Shown: positions 10,726 to 20,602 of the stretch, one piece after another
Layout of the letters: each line of letters begins with the position of its first letter
Position numbering within the stretch: the first letter of the stretch is position 1
DNA from: Thermoanaerobaculum sp.
GTDB taxonomy: Bacteria > Acidobacteriota > Thermoanaerobaculia > Multivoradales > UBA5704
Reading direction: 5' to 3'
Length of the DNA stretch: 64,000 bases
Assembly: GCA_021154885.1 (NCBI GenBank)
Contig: JAJKHS010000055.1
Location: 1,559-65,558 of the forward strand
Program-made: the position numbers and the translations under genes
Notes under the pieces: model-generated
Told to the model about the DNA's origin: nothing
The model's input: only the letters and a program-made list of their open reading frames with translations
The model's database searches: none

Positions 10726-10796
10726 CCCCCCCCGACCGGGAGAGGGGAACCCGGCTGAAGGGTTCTTGCCTTTCTCCCTCTTCTCCCGGTCGGGGG
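10726..10796. repeat. long GC-rich inverted repeat (16-20 bp stem, ~35 nt polypyrimidine loop) downstream of purH; terminator- or REP-like
   Basis: ccccccgaccgggaga (10727-10742) is exact reverse complement of tctcccggtcgggggg (10781-10796). Confidence 0.5.
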
Positions 10797-10893
10797 GAGT
10801 GCGGTGGGAGAAGAGGGCCGGGGTGATGAGGGTCTTGGTGGAAGCTTTCCCCTCCGCCCCCTGTTTGAAACGGACAGCATGGGAGACCCGACC

Positions 10894-11544
10894 ATGAAGC
10901 GAGCCATCCTTCTCCTTTCCACCCTCGGCCTCCTCGCGGGGGCGGGCCGGGCGGCGGCCCAGGAGGTCGATCCCTGGGCGGCGCTGAAGACGGTCCGCCA
11001 GAGCCTGGTGGATGCCGGGCCCACGGGCGCGAGCTTCGTCCAGACGTACATCCCGTCCGGGTTCTCGTCCGGCGAGAAGGAGTCGGGGAAGCTGGCCCTG
11101 GCCCTGCCCGACTGCCTGCGGTGGGACTACACGGCGCCCTATCCCAAGAGCTTCCTGATCTGCGGCGGCGTGCTCCACGCCTGGAACGAGGAGGACAAGA
11201 CCGGCCGCCGCTACCGGGTGGACCGCAAGAACGAGCCCGGGCTCGACCTGCTCCTCCTGGGAGTGGACGAGCTCAAGGAGCGCTACCGCGCCAAGGGCCA
11301 GACGGTGGCCGGCGGGAAAGTCGAGATCGCCCTCTCACCCAAGGAGGCCAAGGGGGACAAGGCGAAGACGGCGGAGCTGACGGACGCGACGCTGACCGTC
11401 GATCCCGCCACCAGGCGGGTGACCGGCATCGCCTACCACGACCGCGAGGGGAACCTGACCCGCTTCGACATCGCCGACTACCAGGACCTCCCCCGGCAGG
11501 GCCGCTTCACGCCGCCGGCGGGGATCAAGTGGGAGGAGCAGTAG
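10894..11544 (+). CDS. periplasmic LolA-like (outer-membrane lipoprotein carrier fold) protein
   Basis: Signal peptide MKRAILLLSTLGLLAGAGRAAA; SFVQTY (F-x-Q LolA motif); size ~216 aa. Confidence 0.55.
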   Translation: MKRAILLLSTLGLLAGAGRAAAQEVDPWAALKTVRQSLVDAGPTGASFVQTYIPSGFSSGEKESGKLALALPDCLRWDYTAPYPKSFLICGGVLHAWNEEDKTGRRYRVDRKNEPGLDLLLLGVDELKERYRAKGQTVAGGKVEIALSPKEAKGDKAKTAELTDATLTVDPATRRVTGIAYHDREGNLTRFDIADYQDLPRQGRFTPPAGIKWEEQ

Positions 11545-11552
11545 GCCCCGGG

Positions 11553-11558
11553 TATAAT
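11553..11558 (+). promoter_or_regulatory. candidate -10 element (TATAAT) 30 nt upstream of yajQ start
   Basis: gggtataatgcc in an otherwise GC-rich intergenic gap. Confidence 0.25.
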
Positions 11559-11587
11559 GCCCCAGCCGGACCAGCCGGGGAAAGATT

Positions 11588-12088
11588 ATGGCCGCCGCCG
11601 AGAACTCGTTCGACATCGTCTCCACCGTGGACCTCCAGGAGGTCCGCAACGCCGTGCAGCAGGCGGAGAAGGAGATCGCGAACCGCTATGACCTAAAGAA
11701 GGCGGCGGCGGTGCTGCGCTTGGAGGGGGAGGAGATCGTGCTGGAGGCCGCGGACGACTTCTCGGTCCAGCAGGCGCTCGACGTGCTGCAGTCGAAGCTG
11801 GTCAAGCGCAGCGTCAACCTCAAGTCGCTGCGCTATGGCAAGGTCGAGCCGGCGAGCGGCAGCCGCGCCCGGCAACGGATCACCCTGCAGCAGGGCATCC
11901 CCATCGAGACGGCCAAGAAGATCGTCGCCGAGATCAAGACCAGGAAGCTCAAGGTGCAAGCCGCCATCCAGGGGGACACGGTGCGCGTCTCCGGCAAGAA
12001 CCGCGACGACCTGCAGACGGTCATCGCGGCACTCAAGGCCCTGGACCTCGACATCCCCCTGACCTTTTCCAACTATCGCTCCCAGTGA
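11588..12088 (+). CDS. yajQ: YajQ-family (UPF0234) nucleotide/c-di-GMP-binding protein
   Basis: SFDIVSTVDLQEVRNAVQQAEKEIANRYD.. matches YajQ N-terminus; 166 aa. Confidence 0.8.
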   Translation: MAAAENSFDIVSTVDLQEVRNAVQQAEKEIANRYDLKKAAAVLRLEGEEIVLEAADDFSVQQALDVLQSKLVKRSVNLKSLRYGKVEPASGSRARQRITLQQGIPIETAKKIVAEIKTRKLKVQAAIQGDTVRVSGKNRDDLQTVIAALKALDLDIPLTFSNYRSQ

Positions 12089-12098
12089 AGAAGCCCGT

Positions 12099-12746
12099 AT
12101 GCCAATCCCAAGAAGGTTCCTGCCGGTCCTGCTCGCCCTGGCTTGCCTGTCCGCCGTGCCCGCAAGAGCGGCGCGCTACGAAGACGGCCAGCGCATCCAG
12201 GTCACCGGCGTCGTGCTCGACGCTCAGGGGCAGCCGCTCTCCGGCGTGCGGGTGGTGTTCGAGGGCAGCCGCACCTATTTCAGCCTCCGTGAGCTGCACC
12301 GGACGGCGGACAAGGACGTCCGGCGGGTGAGCGCCACCACCGACGCCGCGGGCCAGTACACCATCACCTGGCCCTGGGACAGCTACTTCAACCACTTCGA
12401 GGTGGCGGTCGGCGTGCCGGTGCGGGTCAAGACGGGCGAGCGGCTGGAGGAGCTGGCGCGCCAGGACGTCACCCGCCGGGTGCTCGCGGGCAGTCCGGCG
12501 GTGGTGGCCATGACGGTCGAGAACCGCCAGTTCATCGACCATCTCCGGGAGCTCCTGGCCTCGATCAAGACGGACGACCAGCGCCGGGTGTACGAGGAGA
12601 TGGGCAAGCCCGACCGGGTCCGCAACGTCCAGTATCCCGGCTACTTGGAGTCGTCCTGGTGGTACTTCGAGAGCGGCAAGGTCTACCGTTTCCGCGATGG
12701 GCGACTGGAGCAGGTGGTACCCTTCGATCCGGTGCGCGGCCTTTGA
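12099..12746 (+). CDS. secreted hypothetical protein with carboxypeptidase-regulatory-like beta domain
   Basis: Signal peptide; VTGVVLDAQGQPLSGVRVVF resembles CarbopepD_reg domain. Confidence 0.45.
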   Translation: MPIPRRFLPVLLALACLSAVPARAARYEDGQRIQVTGVVLDAQGQPLSGVRVVFEGSRTYFSLRELHRTADKDVRRVSATTDAAGQYTITWPWDSYFNHFEVAVGVPVRVKTGERLEELARQDVTRRVLAGSPAVVAMTVENRQFIDHLRELLASIKTDDQRRVYEEMGKPDRVRNVQYPGYLESSWWYFESGKVYRFRDGRLEQVVPFDPVRGL

Positions 12747-12775
12747 ACCCTCTCCGCAAGAAAAGGACCGGACCG

Positions 12776-13849
12776 GTGCCCGACCAACCCCTCGTCGACC
12801 CCCATCCCCACCCCCCGGAGACCGCGACCGCCCGCGCCGCGCTCGCGGCGGGGAGCCGTTCCGCCCTGGCCGGCCGCTTCATCGACCTGGTGGCGGACAA
12901 GCTGGTCGCCACCGAGGCCGTTTTCCGCCACCACCTCGACTCGGACGTCCCGTTCATCCACAAAGCCGGCGAGTACATCTCGCAGGGTGGCGGCAAGCGG
13001 GTGCGTCCGGCCCTGCTGCTGCTGGCCGCCCGCCTGCTGGGGCATGACCTGGGGAATGACGGCGACGAGGCCGTCACCTACGCCGCGGTGGTGGAGTTCA
13101 TCCACACGGCGACGCTGATTCACGACGACATCATCGACCACGCCACGCTGCGCCGCGGCCAGAGAACGCTCAACCATCTCTGGGGGAACAACCTCACGGT
13201 GCTGCTGGGCGACTGGATCTACACCAAGGCCATGCAGATGGCCCTCTCGCACGGCCAGATCGAGGTCATTCAGCGGCTCTGCCAGGCGACGCTCAAGATG
13301 ACGGAGGGCGAGCTCCTGGCCTTCCAGCGCCTGGGCGCCCCCGACCTGACGATCGAGGAGTACTTCGAGATCATCGACCGCAAGACGGCCCACCTCTTCG
13401 CGGCCGCCTGCTCGATCCCCAGCCTCATCCCGCCCCAGCGCCCCGAGGCCGGGCAGGTGCTCGCGCGCTACGGCCGCGCCCTGGGGATCTGCTTTCAGCT
13501 CGTGGACGACCTGCTTGACTTCACGGCCCGCGAGAGCGAGCTCGGCAAGGCCGTGCTCTCGGACTTGAAGGAGGGGAAGTTGACGCTCCCCCTGATCCTC
13601 CTCCTCCCCCGGGTCGACCGCGCCCAGCGGCGTCTGGTCGAGCAGGTGCTGGAGGACCGCAGCTTCTCCCGGGTCTCGGCGCAGCAGATCCTCGACCTGG
13701 TGCGCGCCGAGGGCACGCTGGAGGAGGTCACCGCCATGGCCGAGGAGTACGCGACCCAGGCGAAGCGCGAGCTAGAGTTCTTTCCGCCCGGCGACGCCCG
13801 AGAGGCGCTGGAGTTTGCCCCAGACTTCGTCCTCCACCGGCGTTCGTAG
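12776..13849 (+). CDS. polyprenyl diphosphate synthase (IspB-like; GTG start with AAAAGGA RBS)
   Basis: Both DDxxD motifs: LIHDDIIDHA and FQLVDDLLDF; GGKRVRP; ~357 aa. Confidence 0.8.
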   Translation: MPDQPLVDPHPHPPETATARAALAAGSRSALAGRFIDLVADKLVATEAVFRHHLDSDVPFIHKAGEYISQGGGKRVRPALLLLAARLLGHDLGNDGDEAVTYAAVVEFIHTATLIHDDIIDHATLRRGQRTLNHLWGNNLTVLLGDWIYTKAMQMALSHGQIEVIQRLCQATLKMTEGELLAFQRLGAPDLTIEEYFEIIDRKTAHLFAAACSIPSLIPPQRPEAGQVLARYGRALGICFQLVDDLLDFTARESELGKAVLSDLKEGKLTLPLILLLPRVDRAQRRLVEQVLEDRSFSRVSAQQILDLVRAEGTLEEVTAMAEEYATQAKRELEFFPPGDAREALEFAPDFVLHRRS

Positions 13850-14881
13850 CGGCGGCGGCTCGATCCCGAACACCCCCTTCTCCTCGCGGACCGGTACTGG
13901 CGGCACGGGCGCCGGCAGCATCGACAGCGACGCGGGCGGCACCAGCCCCAGGATCACGGCGTAGCGGAAACGGCGCGGGCGAGCGTCCATCCACTGGTGC
14001 CGGCCGGGCACGACGAGGATGGAGCCGCCGGGCTCGGAACGCAGCGGATCCGGCGGCTGGTCGCCGGTGAACAGCAGGGCCACTCCCAGCTTCGCGGACG
14101 GCGGCACCTCCACGGAGAGATAGCCGGTCACCTCGCGTCCCCAGTCATAGAGCACGGGCGAGCCCGGGGGCCGGCCGGTCGCGACGGGCAGGACGGGCGG
14201 GAGAGGAAAGGATGAGGCTGCCGGCACGGCCGCCTTGCTCAGAAAATCCAGTTCACCCAGCCCGCCGAAGAGAGGCTTGACGGGCCCCGGCCGCGGCCGG
14301 CCCCAGCGGCCCATGGGCGGATAGCCCCAGCAGTAGACCGGCGCGCCGCCGGTCAGGGGAAGCCACCCCCGTTCCAGACCCAACTCGTATTTCGGAAAGA
14401 TCCGCCAGCGGTCGTCCGTGCCCACCAGCGATCGGCCGGCGCCGTCCACCAGGCTGGCAAGGAGCCCGCCGGCGCCGCGGGAGCTGCGCAGCTCGACCAT
14501 CAGCCGGTTGGCCCCGGGGAGGAGGAGCGGTCCGACCTCATAGACGTCGAGGATCGCCCCGGGATGAAAGGCGCCGGCGCCGATCGTCCGGCCATTCAAG
14601 GTGAGGACGTACTCCTCGTCCGCCGTGATCAGGAGCCGCGCCTCAGCAGGCGGGGCCGCGACGTCGAAATCGCGAAGCACGTAGAAGGCCGTGGGCTGGT
14701 GATCGTCCCAGTTGACGTCCTTCCAGATCCACTGCGCGTCCTTCGTGGCCAGGGTGGCCCGCGCCCGCGCTCCCGGCAGCCCCCGCGCCGCAAGGGCAAG
14801 GATGAGAATGACGAGGGTGACGATCAGGGTGATGGCGCTCCAGCGGCGCCGGCGGATCGGCGGTCGAACGGCGGCGGACAC
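13772..14881 (-). CDS. hypothetical membrane-anchored protein; 3' end overlaps polyprenyl synthase by 78 bp (convergent)
   Basis: N-terminal TM helix ITLIVTLVILILALAA; GTG start, no clear RBS. Confidence 0.35.
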   Translation of the reverse strand: MSAAVRPPIRRRRWSAITLIVTLVILILALAARGLPGARARATLATKDAQWIWKDVNWDDHQPTAFYVLRDFDVAAPPAEARLLITADEEYVLTLNGRTIGAGAFHPGAILDVYEVGPLLLPGANRLMVELRSSRGAGGLLASLVDGAGRSLVGTDDRWRIFPKYELGLERGWLPLTGGAPVYCWGYPPMGRWGRPRPGPVKPLFGGLGELDFLSKAAVPAASSFPLPPVLPVATGRPPGSPVLYDWGREVTGYLSVEVPPSAKLGVALLFTGDQPPDPLRSEPGGSILVVPGRHQWMDARPRRFRYAVILGLVPPASLSMLPAPVPPVPVREEKGVFGIEPPPLRTPVEDEVWGKLQRLSGVAGRKEL

Positions 14882-14991
14882 GGAGGGGACTTTATACGAT
14901 CACGGGGCGGGACGACGACGGTGGAACGTGCACCGGATTTGCAGGACATCGCAGCCACCCCGGAGACGTCCTTCCGGACTGGGAGGTGCGG

Positions 14992-17900
14992 ATGGGTTTC
15001 CTCAGTTCCTTGTCACGCTGGCCGGTCCTCCAACAGATCCGCAAAGGCGACGTCCACGCCCTGAGGGAGACGGCCAGATCCCCTCGCAGCGAGCAGCTCA
15101 GGCCGCGGACCGAAGGGGCCGACCGGGTGGTCCAGTCCATCTGCCCTTACTGCGCGGTGGGCTGCGGTCAGCTCGTCTACGTCAAGGACGAGAAGATCCT
15201 GGATATCGAGGGCGACCCAGACTCCCCGATCTCCGAAGGCTGCCTCTGTCCCAAAGGAGCGGCCACGTTCCAGCTCGTCACCGGCTCGCACCGGGTGCAG
15301 AGAGTGCTCCATCGCCGGCCGCACGGCACGGAGTGGGAGGAGGTGCCTCTCGACTGGGCCCTGGAGCAGGTGGCCCAGCGGGTGAAGCGGACGCGCGAGG
15401 AGACCTGGGAGGAGACCACGAAGGAGGGTCGCCGCGTCCACCGCACGATGGGCATCGCCCATCTCGGCGGCGCGACCCTGGACAACGAGGAGAACTACCT
15501 CATCAAGAAGCTGTTCACGGCTCTGGGGATCGTCCAGGTCGAGAACCAGGCCCGGATATGACACAGCTCCACGGTCCCCGGTCTGGGGACCTCGTTCGGC
15601 CGCGGCGGCGCCACGACCTTCTTGCAAGACCTGCAATTTTCAGACTGCATCGTCATCCAGGGGTCCAACATGGCCGAGTGCCACCCCGTGGGGTTCCGCT
15701 GGGTGATGGCGGCAAAGAGCCGGGGGGCGAAGGTCATCCACGTCGATCCCCGCTTCACCCGCACCAGCGCCGTGGCGGACCTCCACGTGCCCATCCGCGC
15801 CGGCAGCGACATCGCGTTTCTCGGCGGCCTCATCCGCCACGTGATTGAAACCGAGCGGTACTTCCTGGAGTACGTCCTTCACTACACCAACGCTCCGGCG
15901 CTGATCTGCGAGGACTTCAAAGATACCGAGGACCTGGATGGCCTGTTCTCCGGCTGGAATGAGAAGGATGGCCAATACGATCCCGCCTCCTGGGCCTATG
16001 AGGGGACGGACGTCGGCCCCGCCGCCGGCAACCGGGAGCACTTCACCGGTCAGCCCTACTCGGAACGGGGCACCCAGAGCGGCGCCGAGCGCTTCGACTT
16101 CACCCTCCAGCATCCGCGGTGCGTCTTCCAGATCGTGAAGCGTCATTTCTCCCGCTACACGCCGGAGCTGGTGGAGGAGGTCTGCGGCGTCCCCAGGGAG
16201 CTCTTCCTCCAGGTGGCCGAAGCCGTCTGCGCCAATTCGGGGAGGGAGCGCACGACGGCGTTCTGCTACGCCGTGGGCTGGACCCAGCACTCGACGGGGG
16301 TGCAGTACATCCGCAGCGCGTCCATCCTCCAGCTCCTGCTGGGCAACGTCGGCCGGCCCGGGGGCGGCATCATGGCCCTGCGAGGCCACGCCTCCATCCA
16401 GGGCTCGACGGACATCCCGACCCTCTACGACATCCTGCCCGGCTATCTACCCATGCCGAAGGACAAGCACGACACGAGCTTCGAGCAGTACGTGAAGCTC
16501 AACGGCTCGCCCTCCGGCTGGTGGAGCGAGTTTCCCAAGTACGCCGTCTCCCTCCTCAAAGCCTGGTTCGGGGCGGCTGCCACGAAGGAGAACGGCTGGC
16601 GATTCGACGACCTCCCTCGCCTCTCGGGCGACCACTCGCACATGACGACGGTCTCCGCCATGGCCGACGGCGAGGTGAAGGGCTACTTCCTCATGGGCGA
16701 GAACCCCACGGTGGGCTCCATGCACGGCGCCCTCCACCGCAAGGCGATGCGCAAGCTTGACTGGCTGGTGGTGCGCGATTTCGCGTTGACAGAGTCGGCG
16801 GAGTTCTGGCGCGATGCGCCGGAGATCGAGCGCGGCGAGGTGCGGCCGGAGGACGTTCCCACCGAGGTCTTCTTCTTCCCGGCGGCCACCCACACAGAGA
16901 AGGACGGCTCGTTCACCAACACCCAGCGCCTGCTGCAATGGCATCACAAGGCCGTGGAGCCGCCGGGCGACTGCCGCAGCGAGCTGCACTTCACCTATCA
17001 CCTGGGCCGGCGCCTGAAGGAGCTCTACGCCGGCTCGATGGAACCGAGCGATCAGGGTCTCCTCACCCTCACCTGGGACTACCCCGTATCCGGCGAGAGC
17101 GAGGAGCCGTCGGCCGAGGCGGTGCTCCAGGAGATCAACGGCTTCCGGGTGGCGGACCGGCAGCCGGTGGGCCAGTTCACCGATCTCAAGGACGACGGCT
17201 CGACGGCCTGCGGCTGCTGGATCTACTGTGGCAGCTACGCGAAGGGGGTGAACCAGACAGCCCGGCGCAAGCCTGGGCGCGAGCAGCCGTGTGTGGCCCT
17301 CGAATGGGGGTGGGCGTGGCCGGCCAACCGGCACATGCTCTACAACCGCGCCTCTGCCGACCCCGAGGGGCGGCCGTGGTCCGAGCGCAAACGCTACGTC
17401 TGGTGGGACGAGGAGAAGAAGCATTGGACGGGCCACGACACGCCCGATTTCATTGCCGACCGGCCGCCATCGTACCGTCCGGGGAAGGACGCCAAGGGGA
17501 TCGACACCCTGGCCGGCGACAACCCTTTCGTCATGCAGGGCGACGGCCTGGGATGGCTCTACGCCCCCAGCGGCCTGGCGGACGGCCCCCTGCCCACTCA
17601 TTACGAGCCCCAGGAGGGGGTCGTCGAAAATTTTCTCTACGGCCAGCAGTGCAACCCGGGGAGGATGGAGTGGCTGCGGCGAGACAACCCCTACCACCGG
17701 CCGTGGGACGACCCCCGCTTCCCCTGCCTGATCACCACCTACCGGCTGACCGAGCACCACACGGCCGGGGGCATGTCGCGGTGGCTGACGTGGCTCTCGG
17801 AGCTGCAGCCGGAGATGTTCTGCGAGGTCTCGCCGCAGCTCGCTCGGGAGAAGGGGCTCACCAACGGCGGCTGGGCCACGATCACCACCGCCCGCGGCGA

Positions 17901-18255
17901 GATCGAGGCCCGGGTGCTGGTGACGGAGCGCATCCCGCCGCTCAGGATCAAGGGCCGGAGGATCCAGCAGATCGGCCTTCCCTACCATTGGGGTTCGAAG
18001 GGCCGGGTGCGGGGTGACGCCGCCAACGAGCTCATCTCCTTCGTGGCGGACCCCAACGTCTCCATCCAGGAGTCCAAGGCGCTGACCGGCGCCATCGAGG
18101 CCGGCCGCCGCAGCCGCGGCCGGCGGGTGGTGACCAGCGGTCCGCTCGTGCCCGCCTTGAGCTCCGGCGGCCACGAGCGGGACCTGCCCGTCGTGGGGCA
18201 CAAGCCCGTGGGTCCCCACGGCATCTCCGAATCGCGAACGCAAGAGGGGGATTGA
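14992..18255 (+). CDS. fdnG: formate dehydrogenase (N/O-type) alpha subunit, selenocysteine-containing (UGA Sec at 15559-15561)
   Basis: VENQARI-[TGA]-HSSTVPGLGTSFGRGGAT aligns with E. coli FdnG VDNQARV-U-HGPTVASLAPTFGRGAMT; CPYCAVGCG FeS motif; downstream AECHPVGFRW, DPRFTRTSAVAD, HYTNA, TQHSTGVQ, ALRGHASIQG etc.; two track ORFs 14986-15561 and 15622-18255 are one gene. Confidence 0.88.
15573..15591 (+). promoter_or_regulatory. bacterial SECIS hairpin 12 nt downstream of the Sec UGA
   Basis: GGTCCCC-ggtct-GGGGACC perfect 7-bp stem with G/U-containing loop, position matches E. coli fdhF/fdnG SECIS geometry. Confidence 0.6.
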
Positions 18256-18261
18256 TCGATC

Positions 18262-19053
18262 ATGGCAGCGGTCGGCTTCTTCACCGATACGACGATCTGC
18301 ATCGGCTGCAAGGCCTGCGAGGTGGCGTGCAAGGAGTGGAACCAGCTCCCGGACGACGGCCTCCGGTTCACCGGCATGTCCTACGACAACACCGCCGCGC
18401 TCGGCGCCTCCACCTGGCGGCACGTCTCCTTCATCGAGCGGCCGGTGCCGCTGACCGGCCAGGAGACGGGGCTGGGAGATTTCTCCTGGCTCCTCCAGTC
18501 CGATGTCTGCAAGCACTGCCACCGGGCAGGGTGCCTGGAGGCCTGCCCCACCGGGGCCATCATCCGCACCGAATTCGATTCCGTCTACGTGCAGCCGGAT
18601 ATCTGCAACGGCTGCGGCTATTGCGTGGTCTCCTGCCCCTTCGGCGTGATCGACCGGCGGGAGGACGACGGCCGGGCCTGGAAGTGCACCCTGTGCTACG
18701 ACCGGCTCAAGGGGGGAATGGAGCCGGCCTGCGCCAAGGCCTGCCCCACGGACTCCATCCAGTTCGGCGATCTCGACGAGCTGAAGGACCGAGCCCGGGG
18801 CCGCCTGGAGCGCCTCCACCGCCACGGCGTGACCGAGGCGTATCTTTATGGGGCGGACGCGGCCGGCCAGCCCGGGACCGAGGGGCTCAACGCCTTCTTC
18901 CTCCTGCTGGACAAGCCGGAGGTCTACAACCTGCCGCCGGACCCGGTGGCCCCCGCCATGGAGGCGAAACCGGCCTGGACTTCCATGGCCTTCGCCGTTC
19001 TGGGAATGGCGGCGGCAGCGGTGGGAGCGGTGCTGATGGGGAGAGAGTCATGA
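18262..19053 (+). CDS. fdnH: formate dehydrogenase iron-sulfur (4x[4Fe-4S]) beta subunit with C-terminal TM anchor
   Basis: CIGCKACEVACKEWN, CKHCHRAGCLEACPTGAI, CNGCGYCVVSCPFGV, CTLCYDRL...CAKACPT; collinear with E. coli FdnH. Confidence 0.85.
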   Translation: MAAVGFFTDTTICIGCKACEVACKEWNQLPDDGLRFTGMSYDNTAALGASTWRHVSFIERPVPLTGQETGLGDFSWLLQSDVCKHCHRAGCLEACPTGAIIRTEFDSVYVQPDICNGCGYCVVSCPFGVIDRREDDGRAWKCTLCYDRLKGGMEPACAKACPTDSIQFGDLDELKDRARGRLERLHRHGVTEAYLYGADAAGQPGTEGLNAFFLLLDKPEVYNLPPDPVAPAMEAKPAWTSMAFAVLGMAAAAVGAVLMGRES

Positions 19054-20012
19054 CCTTCGTCTGGCGCGACCTCCCGTCCCATTCGTTCTCAGAGGACGAG
19101 CCCACCTACTACGAGCGGCCGGTGCTCAAGGAGCCGGTGTGGATCTGGGCCGTCCCCCTCTACTTCTACGCCGGCGGCACGGCCGGGGCCGCGGCGGTGC
19201 TGGCGGCCACGGCTCAAGCCCTGGCGGGCGACGAGCTGCACGGCCTGGTCAGGACGTGCCGGTGGGTGGCGGCCGTGGGCGGCGCGGCCGGCTCGGCGCT
19301 GTTGATCCGCGACCTGGGGCGGCCGGAGCGCTTCCTCCACATGCTGCGGGTGATCCGCCCCACGTCGGCCATGAGCCTCGGCTCCTGGGTGCTGGCCGGG
19401 GCGGCCTCGGCCACTATGGGCTCGGCCCTCCTCTCGGACCACGGGGGCCTGCCCGGCCGGCTGGGCCACTTCGCCGGTTCCCTCGCCGGCCTCCTGGGCA
19501 TGCCCCTCGCGGGCTACACGGCGGTGCTCCTCGGCAACACCGCCGTGCCGGTGTGGAAGGCGACGCGGCGCAGCCTCCCCCACCTCTTCATCGGCAGCGC
19601 GGTCTCGGGAGCGGCCTCGCTGTTCGGGCTCCTCCCCGTGGACCTCTCCCCCCGGGAGGTGAGGATCGTCGAACGCTTCGGCATGATGGGCAAGGTGGCG
19701 GACCTTGCCGCCATGACGGTGGTCGAGCACGAGGCGGACCGGATCGAGCCCGTGGGGCGCCCCCTGCGCGAGGGAATTTCCGGGGCGCTGTGGACCGCCG
19801 CTCGGGTGCTCACCGGCGCCAGCCTCGCCCTCTCCCTCCTCTCCGGCCGCTCGCGGGCGAAGCGGGCCGCGGGCGGGCTCCTCGGCACGGCCGGCGCCCT
19901 CGCTCTCCGCTTCGCCATCTTCCACGCCGGCAAGGCCTCGGCCCGCGACCCCCGGGCCACGTTCCGCCAGCAGCGGCAGCCCCGGGAGGCCGAGGCGAAC
20001 CCACAGCGCTAG
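19050..20012 (+). CDS. NrfD/PsrC-family integral membrane quinone-interacting subunit (replaces cytochrome b FdnI); start ATG overlaps fdnH stop (ATGA)
   Basis: ~320 aa, 8+ predicted TM helices, Gly/Ala-rich polytopic profile typical of NrfD family; operon position. Confidence 0.65.
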   Translation: MTFVWRDLPSHSFSEDEPTYYERPVLKEPVWIWAVPLYFYAGGTAGAAAVLAATAQALAGDELHGLVRTCRWVAAVGGAAGSALLIRDLGRPERFLHMLRVIRPTSAMSLGSWVLAGAASATMGSALLSDHGGLPGRLGHFAGSLAGLLGMPLAGYTAVLLGNTAVPVWKATRRSLPHLFIGSAVSGAASLFGLLPVDLSPREVRIVERFGMMGKVADLAAMTVVEHEADRIEPVGRPLREGISGALWTAARVLTGASLALSLLSGRSRAKRAAGGLLGTAGALALRFAIFHAGKASARDPRATFRQQRQPREAEANPQR

Positions 20013-20182
20013 CGAAGTTCGTCTTCCCGGCTACTGCGCGTCACTCCCTTGTCACGCTTCGCCCGCCGCGTCACACCTAATCATTGAACCGGTTCTGAAA
20101 GCTGATGTTGGCGATCGTGGGCGCCGGCGAATCCGCCACACCCACATTGATATGTAACTGATCTTTTTGAGAGGAGAGAATC

Positions 20183-20533
20183 ATGCGCCTGACCCGTACC
20201 TTCACCGTCGTCGTGGTGGCCCTCGTCTTACTCATCGTCACCGTTCCCGCCGCGCAGGCCCGGTCCTTCGCAGCGCCACAGCCGGCCCTCCATTCCCTGG
20301 GAGGGAGCTGGCTGGGGGCCGCGGTGACCTGGCTGACCCGCCTCGCCGGGGTCGCGCCGCCGCCAACCAGCTTCCATTCGGTCGCGGCCAGCAGCACCGC
20401 GCCGCCTCCGACCGGTGGCGGATACGGCCTTGGCGGCGGTGGGATCGTGCCGATGACGGGGGCGTGCATCGATCCCAACGGCCTACCCGGCCACTTTATC
20501 ATCGGCCCCAATGGGATCTACTGCGGCCACTAG
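20183..20533 (+). CDS. small secreted protein A (signal peptide; W-rich amphipathic motif; Pro/Gly-rich; C-terminal CIDPNG...C)
   Basis: Strong RBS GAGAGGAGAGAATC-ATG; SP cleavage after AQA; paralogous to 22232-22558 (shared SWLxAAxxWL and G-x-CIDPxG...C). Confidence 0.5.
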   Translation: MRLTRTFTVVVVALVLLIVTVPAAQARSFAAPQPALHSLGGSWLGAAVTWLTRLAGVAPPPTSFHSVAASSTAPPPTGGGYGLGGGGIVPMTGACIDPNGLPGHFIIGPNGIYCGH

Positions 20534-20602
20534 CTCCGGCCGCAGTGGTCTGGGCTCTCGGTTGGTTTGAGCTGCTCTTTCATGTGCTAGGGAGGTATGA
20601 CC

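Noticed and set aside
15559-15561. In-frame TGA splitting formate dehydrogenase alpha subunit as a pseudogene
   Set aside because: Flanking sequence matches the selenocysteine site of FdnG exactly and a SECIS hairpin follows at the canonical distance; interpreted as Sec recoding.
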